A stretch of 32,000 nucleotides of DNA from Candidatus Saccharimonadota bacterium (GTDB lineage: Bacteria; Pseudomonadota; Alphaproteobacteria; Rickettsiales; Anaplasmataceae): assembly GCF_025021925.1 (NCBI RefSeq), contig NZ_CP092368.1, positions 90,001-122,000 of the forward strand, in the 5' to 3' direction. Position 1 is the first letter of the stretch. Every line of letters starts with the position of its first letter. The notes below the pieces were generated by a model. The model was not told the origin of the DNA. It was given only the letters and a program-made list of their open reading frames with translations, and searched no databases. The position numbers and the translations under genes are program-made. Below, piece by piece: positions 26,823 to 32,000 of this stretch.

Positions 26823-27152
26823 TTATATATTTATTTTACTCTCAACCCATCCTGATAAATCATTAATTGCACCAACTGTACGTGCAATTTCTCTACCATT
26901 TTGTAATATTATTAAAGTAGGTATAGATTGAATGCAATATTTACTTATTACTTCAGTTCCTTCTTCATCTATACAAAATTTACATACTTTTATTGTATCT
27001 TTTTTATCATAAGCAAGCTGTTCAATATGCGACATCAAACTTTTACATGGTCCACACCATTCTGCCCAAAAGTCTACCATAACAAAACCTTTATAGTCAA
27101 TAACTTCAGATTTAAAATTCTGATCATTTATTGAAATTATTGTATCATTCAT
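26823..27152 (-). CDS. trxA: Thioredoxin
   Basis: 109 aa with the WAEWCGPCK active site and a typical length. Confidence 0.93.
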   Translation of the reverse strand: MNDTIISINDQNFKSEVIDYKGFVMVDFWAEWCGPCKSLMSHIEQLAYDKKDTIKVCKFCIDEEGTEVISKYCIQSIPTLIILQNGREIARTVGAINDLSGWVESKINI

Positions 27153-27257
27153 ATGTGTCCAGATAATTAATAGATAATATATCGTACCAATATATAAATA
27201 ATCAACTAAATTCTTTTTTTTAGAATTATTAAAGTATAACAGAAGTAAAAATACTCT

Positions 27258-27905
27258 CTAAGTTTTCTTATAGCACTTGTCAGGAGATACCTTATGATTA
27301 AAAATATCTATAGATTCCCAACCAGATAAATCTAATTCAATACGAGTAGATAAGAACGCAAAACATCTCTTTGCTAGCTCTTTTCTATTTTCACGCTCTA
27401 ACATTAGATCTAATGCTTCCTGTATTCTATGTAAATGTAATACATCAGATGCAGCATAGTTTTTCTGTTGTTCTGTTAAATGTATACGCCCCCAATCAGA
27501 AGATTGATTTTGTTTATTAATCTTAATATTGAGCAATTCCCAACATAAGTCTTTTAAACTATGATGCTCTGTATATGTACGTGCTAAACGAGAAGCAATC
27601 TTTGTACAGTAACAAGGTAAAGCCCAAGTATGTAAAAAAAAATATAATATACTGATATCAAATTTTGCAAAGTGAAATATTTTAGTGATGTTATTATTAA
27701 ATAATATTTGTTTTAAATTTGGTGCTGTATAATCATTTGTAAACTGAATTAGATGTGCATGTCCATCATTAAAAGCAAGTTGTACTAAACATAATCTATC
27801 TCTCACATGCAATAAACCCATTGCTTCTGTATCAATTGCTACAGATTTTAAATCGCTTGGTATTACGCTATATGGTATATCATTTCTATGTAAAAATATT
27901 CCCAT
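27258..27905 (-). CDS. 3'-5' exonuclease, DEDDy family (RNase D-like catalytic domain only)
   Basis: 215 aa. ExoI AIDTEAMGL, ExoII KIFHFAKFDISIL, ExoIII YAASDVLHLHRI. It lacks the HRDC domains of full-length RNase D. Confidence 0.8.
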   Translation of the reverse strand: MGIFLHRNDIPYSVIPSDLKSVAIDTEAMGLLHVRDRLCLVQLAFNDGHAHLIQFTNDYTAPNLKQILFNNNITKIFHFAKFDISILYFFLHTWALPCYCTKIASRLARTYTEHHSLKDLCWELLNIKINKQNQSSDWGRIHLTEQQKNYAASDVLHLHRIQEALDLMLERENRKELAKRCFAFLSTRIELDLSGWESIDIFNHKVSPDKCYKKT

Positions 27906-27948
27906 AATGTGTTATTATATATCATTAAATATTAATTATACACTCAAT

Positions 27949-27986
27949 ATCATATTAATGTATATGACAATATACATTAATATGAT
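27949..27986. repeat. Perfect 17-bp inverted repeat with 4-nt spacer
   Basis: ATCATATTAATGTATAT-GACA-ATATACATTAATATGAT, with all 17 pairs checked. It sits in the divergent spacer between the exonuclease start and tRNA-Gly. Confidence 0.8.
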
Positions 27987-28089
27987 GTGAGATCATGCAC
28001 TTAGTACTCTCTATATCATATTACATGTTGATTGCATGATATATAATTTTATATTATATTCTGTAATACATGATACAATTTATTAATGT

Positions 28090-28162
<73 letters not shown>

Positions 28163-28264
28163 CTTAATATTTTCAAGAGAATATTATATACATATGATAC
28201 AAAACAGTAAAAATCACTGACAAGTTTTTCATTGATTAGTAAAAATTAAGTCACAATATTAAGA

Positions 28265-28921
28265 ATGAATAAAAAATACTCATTAGCAGTAGCATTTGAC
28301 TGGGACAATACTTTAGTTGATACTCAAGACAATATTTGTAATGCTATAAAATATACTATCAACTTAATGGGATATAGTAATAAACCTATCAATTATCGTA
28401 ATGCTAATGAATCAAGAAAAGATTACATGATCAATTTATTTGGAAATCAATGGCAACAAGCAAATCAAATATATCAACAATATTTAGATAATGCAATATT
28501 ACAAAATATTACTCTAAATCATGGAGTAGAAGAAATGCTATATACGTTAAAAGAACGCAATATTTATCTTGCGATAGTGAGTAACAAAAAGAATATCCAT
28601 TTACGTAAAGAAGTGATCTATTTTCAATTAGAATCTTACTTCAAAAAAGTCGTTGGATCGTGTGATACATTAGAAGATAAACCTTCTCCAATACCTTTAT
28701 TATTTGCTTTAGCAAATAGTACATTACATATAAATAGAGAAAATGTGTTTTTTGTTGGTGATAGTATAACAGATATTTTATGTGCACGTAGTGCTAATTG
28801 TTTACCTATTATATACAGACAAACAATTAGTGGATATGCAGATGTATTATGTTTTCAACATTTTTCTCAATTGACATACTTTATCGTAAAATATCTAGAT
28901 CATAGAGAGAGTATATCATGA
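28265..28921 (+). CDS. HAD-superfamily hydrolase (phosphoglycolate phosphatase-like)
   Basis: 218 aa. Motif I AFDWDNTLVDT (DxDxT), motif II IVSNK, motif III/IV K....FVGDSITD. Confidence 0.75.
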   Translation: MNKKYSLAVAFDWDNTLVDTQDNICNAIKYTINLMGYSNKPINYRNANESRKDYMINLFGNQWQQANQIYQQYLDNAILQNITLNHGVEEMLYTLKERNIYLAIVSNKKNIHLRKEVIYFQLESYFKKVVGSCDTLEDKPSPIPLLFALANSTLHINRENVFFVGDSITDILCARSANCLPIIYRQTISGYADVLCFQHFSQLTYFIVKYLDHRESIS

Positions 28922-29412
28922 GACAATCCTCTTGTATGGAATTTGCAAGCATTCAAACACGTTTTTGCGCATATCTAATAGATACAGCAATATTATTAGT
29001 ACCTACTCTCATTATTGTCCTATTATTAAATCATTTACCATTAATTTTACATCTATCTTATATATGTATACACTGTAGTTATTTCACATATTTTCTTTCT
29101 TCAAAGAGACAAGCAACCCCAGGTCAGCAGTTAATGCATATATATACTGTCACATTGAATAATTCTAAAATAGATATAATATTGGCTTTTGATAGAAGTC
29201 TCTCACAATTCTTTCTACCTGTCTTGAATAGTGCAACTATGACTCTTATTGACTATTTATCTCACACTAATGTATTAGTCAGCATTTTAAATATATTAAA
29301 AGTAATCATTATATTGTTAACATTGATCTGGTATCTCATAACCTGTTTATCGAACAAGAAACAAGCATTACATGATATAATATTTGATACTTTTGTGATA
29401 AAAAAAAGATGA
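28918..29412 (+). CDS. RDD-family integral membrane protein
   Basis: 164 aa. FASIQTRFCAYLIDTAILLV plus a distal ALHDIIFDT give the R..D...D pattern, with about 3 TM segments. The ATG overlaps the HAD stop (ATGA). Confidence 0.55.
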   Translation: MRQSSCMEFASIQTRFCAYLIDTAILLVPTLIIVLLLNHLPLILHLSYICIHCSYFTYFLSSKRQATPGQQLMHIYTVTLNNSKIDIILAFDRSLSQFFLPVLNSATMTLIDYLSHTNVLVSILNILKVIIILLTLIWYLITCLSNKKQALHDIIFDTFVIKKR

Positions 29413-29556
29413 ATTATATTATTCAGCATACTAATTAATTATATGATAAAAATTATGATTAATAAGAAATTGTTATCTCTATTTTTATAGATCATTATCA
29501 ATACATTGACTATTCCATATATGATATATTTATAACTTATTCATTAATATATAAAT

Positions 29557-30168
29557 ATGTTAAAAAAGATTTTACTGATTTTACTATTACCTACATTACT
29601 TTTCTTTTTATTGGGATTATGGCAAGTATCTAGATACAATTGGAAAAATAATATTATAACAAATATGAATCTGCCAGATATCTATCTGTTAGATAGCTGT
29701 AATCTTAATGAATTGAACTATAGACGTGTTATACTTTCTGGTATTATAAGTAACATAGAATTATACGTGTTTGCAGGACAAAAAGGGTATCACATATTAT
29801 CTCCTATGCTATTATCTGATGGACATTATTTATTAATCAATAAAGGAATCTTTCAAGAAAAAACAGATTCAATACCACAGATCAAAAAAATAGATATAAA
29901 TGGAGTATTATACTGCGATAGTGATAAAAGTAAAATATGGTTTATCAAGAATGATATCTCTGCAAATATATGGTTTACTTTTAATATAAATGAAATATCT
30001 AATGAATTAGGTATTATTTTAGATAAATGTATTCTTTGGCACAGTAATTCTGAGGTAGAGACAATCATCATAAAACAAATGAAACACTTAGAATATGCAA
30101 TTACTTGGTTTTTACTTGCCTTATTATGGATGATTATGTGTGTAATTTACTACTTTAAAAATCCTTAA
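29557..30168 (+). CDS. SURF1-family cytochrome oxidase assembly protein
   Basis: 203 aa. N-terminal TM then LGLWQVSRYNWKNNII (G.WQ..R..WK motif), and a C-terminal TM preceded by HLEYAITWF. Confidence 0.75.
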   Translation: MLKKILLILLLPTLLFFLLGLWQVSRYNWKNNIITNMNLPDIYLLDSCNLNELNYRRVILSGIISNIELYVFAGQKGYHILSPMLLSDGHYLLINKGIFQEKTDSIPQIKKIDINGVLYCDSDKSKIWFIKNDISANIWFTFNINEISNELGIILDKCILWHSNSEVETIIIKQMKHLEYAITWFLLALLWMIMCVIYYFKNP

Positions 30169-30242
30169 GGGTATCTCTTGAGATGAGAAACTTATATATG
30201 CAAGTATCATATCTTTCTATCTTTTATCTACTCTAAAACACT

Positions 30243-31946
30243 TCAAGATTCTTTGATCATAATGCTATAATTATCTTTTCTCATGCGATGTTGTAAAGAC
30301 ATGACTGTGCTCTCACTCATTCCGCTTAAGCTGAGAGCAGCTCCTCCTAATTGGGATCCTATTTCAGAGACTTCAGGAATAATTTTGCTTGCTCCTAATT
30401 TTTTATACATCTCTACATTACTAAGATCTGGTACACGTATTATAATATTAACATGTGGAAAATTCTCTGCAACTAATGAAAGAATTTTTTTGATAGTCAC
30501 CTCATTTTTGATTGATACTACAAGAGCTTGAGCTCTTTCAATGCCTATTGATTTGAGAATTTCATATCTTGTAATATCTCCAAGATATATAGGAAAGCTT
30601 TCACTTTTTCCCTCTTTAACGATTTTAGATTGAATATCCACAACTACATAACTGAGATGCTCTGCAGTAAGCATTTTCGTGACTATATATCCTACTTGAC
30701 CAAATCCTGCCACTATCACATGATTATATAAATCTTGTGTATCTTTTTCAATAGCATAATTATCTAAGATTGTTTTTTCAGAACTACATAAATTTGCTAT
30801 ACAATCTCCTAATCCAGATAAAAGAGGAGTAAAGGCCATTGTTACTGTCGTGACCATCATAAGGATTTGAGCAATTTCAGTAGGCAATACATTAATCTCA
30901 TTTGCTAAGCGAAATAATATGAATGCAAATTCACCACCTTGTGCAAGTAGTAAGCCAGCTTGTATTGCAGGAGCAGTTTTAAATCCAAAGAACCTACATA
31001 ACATGTATATTATAGCAGTTTTAACAACAATAAGAAGAATTGATAGTAAAGTAATGAGTAATAATTTATTGACCAATAGTTCAGTATTAATAGACATACC
31101 CACAGTCATAAAAAATAACCCAAGAAATAAATCTTTAAATGGTAAAACTGCTTGCTCTACAGAATGTCTATATTCAGTTTCCGCAACTAATAATCCAGCA
31201 ACAAAAGCTCCTAATGCCATTGATAAATGGAATTGCTCAGTGATAAAAGCTGATCCTAATACTATGAGAAGAGTTGTCGAGATAAAAACTTCATTATTGC
31301 CCATTTTAGCAATTACTGCAAATAAAGGTCTTAATAATAATCTACCAGTTGTAAAAATGAGAACTAATGCAATTGATGCTTGTAATAATGAACCTGCTAA
31401 TGAGCTGAGTAAACTATGCTCAGAATTGCCAGCAAGTAGAGGTAATAAGACTATTAATGGTACTACTGCAAAGTCTTGCATTAGTAGTACTGCTATTGAT
31501 AATCTACCTACTTGACTAGCATGAGATCCTTTTTCTTGTAGAACTTGCAATACTATTGCAGTTGAAGAAAGTGCTAATCCTCCTCCAATTACTACGGAAA
31601 TTTGTGTATTAATACCAAACGCAAGTGCGATGCACCATATTATTATAATCGTCACTATAACTTGTAGAGATCCAAAACCAAAAACATGCATTCGCATAGC
31701 TATCAGACGTTCAAAAGTAAGCTCTAATCCTATTATAAATAATAAAAATACAACACCAAATTCTGCAAAATTATCCATTGCGTCTACTGAATGTATCAAA
31801 TTAAATCCATGAGAACCAATAACTGCACCAGCAACAAAGTACCCTAAGACTGGACTAATATTCATTTTCCAAAATGCTATTACTATAAAAACAGCAGCAG
31901 AGAGTAAGATGATAATATCAGGTAAATGATGAGAGTGATTGTGCAT
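30243..31946 (-). CDS. kefB: CPA2-family monovalent cation:proton antiporter with C-terminal RCK/TrkA-N domain (KefB/KefC-like)
   Basis: 567 aa. N-terminal SPVLGYFVAGAVIGSHGFNLI, about 12 TM segments, then HVIVAGFGQVGYIVTKML (GxGxxG Rossmann) in the cytosolic domain. Confidence 0.85.
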   Translation of the reverse strand: MHNHSHHLPDIIILLSAAVFIVIAFWKMNISPVLGYFVAGAVIGSHGFNLIHSVDAMDNFAEFGVVFLLFIIGLELTFERLIAMRMHVFGFGSLQVIVTIIIIWCIALAFGINTQISVVIGGGLALSSTAIVLQVLQEKGSHASQVGRLSIAVLLMQDFAVVPLIVLLPLLAGNSEHSLLSSLAGSLLQASIALVLIFTTGRLLLRPLFAVIAKMGNNEVFISTTLLIVLGSAFITEQFHLSMALGAFVAGLLVAETEYRHSVEQAVLPFKDLFLGLFFMTVGMSINTELLVNKLLLITLLSILLIVVKTAIIYMLCRFFGFKTAPAIQAGLLLAQGGEFAFILFRLANEINVLPTEIAQILMMVTTVTMAFTPLLSGLGDCIANLCSSEKTILDNYAIEKDTQDLYNHVIVAGFGQVGYIVTKMLTAEHLSYVVVDIQSKIVKEGKSESFPIYLGDITRYEILKSIGIERAQALVVSIKNEVTIKKILSLVAENFPHVNIIIRVPDLSNVEMYKKLGASKIIPEVSEIGSQLGGAALSLSGMSESTVMSLQHRMRKDNYSIMIKES

Positions 31947-32000
31947 GTAATACCTCTATGTAACATGAGACCATTTGATTGAACATCCAATACTTGATGT

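Noticed and set aside
27209-27227. AATTCT-T7-AGAATT hairpin between the exonuclease gene and trxA
   Set aside because: The stem is only 6 bp. On the transcribed (minus) strand the loop is A7 and no U-tract follows. It is indistinguishable from chance in this composition.
30919-31515. 198-aa plus-strand ORF antisense to kefB (also 30283-30531 and 31630-31812)
   Set aside because: It lies entirely inside the strongly supported CPA2 antiporter gene on the opposite strand. The composition is low-complexity (N/S/T/K-rich) with no motifs. This is the typical shadow ORF of a hydrophobic-protein gene.

Overview
AT-rich (roughly 30% GC by eye), gene-dense housekeeping chromosome segment. Gene content and order point to an obligate-intracellular alphaproteobacterium of the Rickettsiales, Anaplasmataceae-like: bamA-skp-fabZ has no lpxD/lpxA, TCA genes are scattered, and an orphan argB-like gene follows engB. 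I call 29 protein-coding genes and 2 tRNAs. In order they are engB (5' partial), argB-like, dut, sucA(-), sodB, an M16 peptidase, rpsA, sdhE-like(-), rseP, bamA, skp/ompH-like, fabZ, a 932-aa GltD-like Fe-S flavoprotein, an MrpD/NuoN-family membrane subunit, ffh, rpsI(-), rplM(-), rlmE, ccmB(-), RNase J, fdxA(-), a 2-Cys peroxiredoxin, trxB, tRNA-CAT(-), trxA(-), a DEDD 3'-5' exonuclease(-), tRNA-Gly(GCC), a HAD hydrolase, an RDD membrane protein, SURF1 and a KefB/CPA2 antiporter(-). I saw no transposase, integrase, phage, CRISPR, toxin-antitoxin or recognisable defence gene, and no convincing novel multi-gene system; this looks like ordinary core genome. Five points deserve a second look. (1) rlmE has no canonical start codon upstream of its SAM-binding motif, so it probably initiates at ATC or ATA. 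(2) The argB-like ORF is intact, but the glycine-rich catalytic signatures of acetylglutamate kinase appear substituted. (3) The 932-aa flavoprotein has an uncharacterised N-terminal domain and an FNR-like module that stops right after its GPxG motif. (4) Two long perfect inverted repeats lie in divergent promoter regions, upstream of the peroxiredoxin-trxB pair and between the exonuclease gene and tRNA-Gly. (5) trxA is followed by a tRNA only 2 nt after its stop codon. All functional calls come from motif recognition by eye, without database searches.
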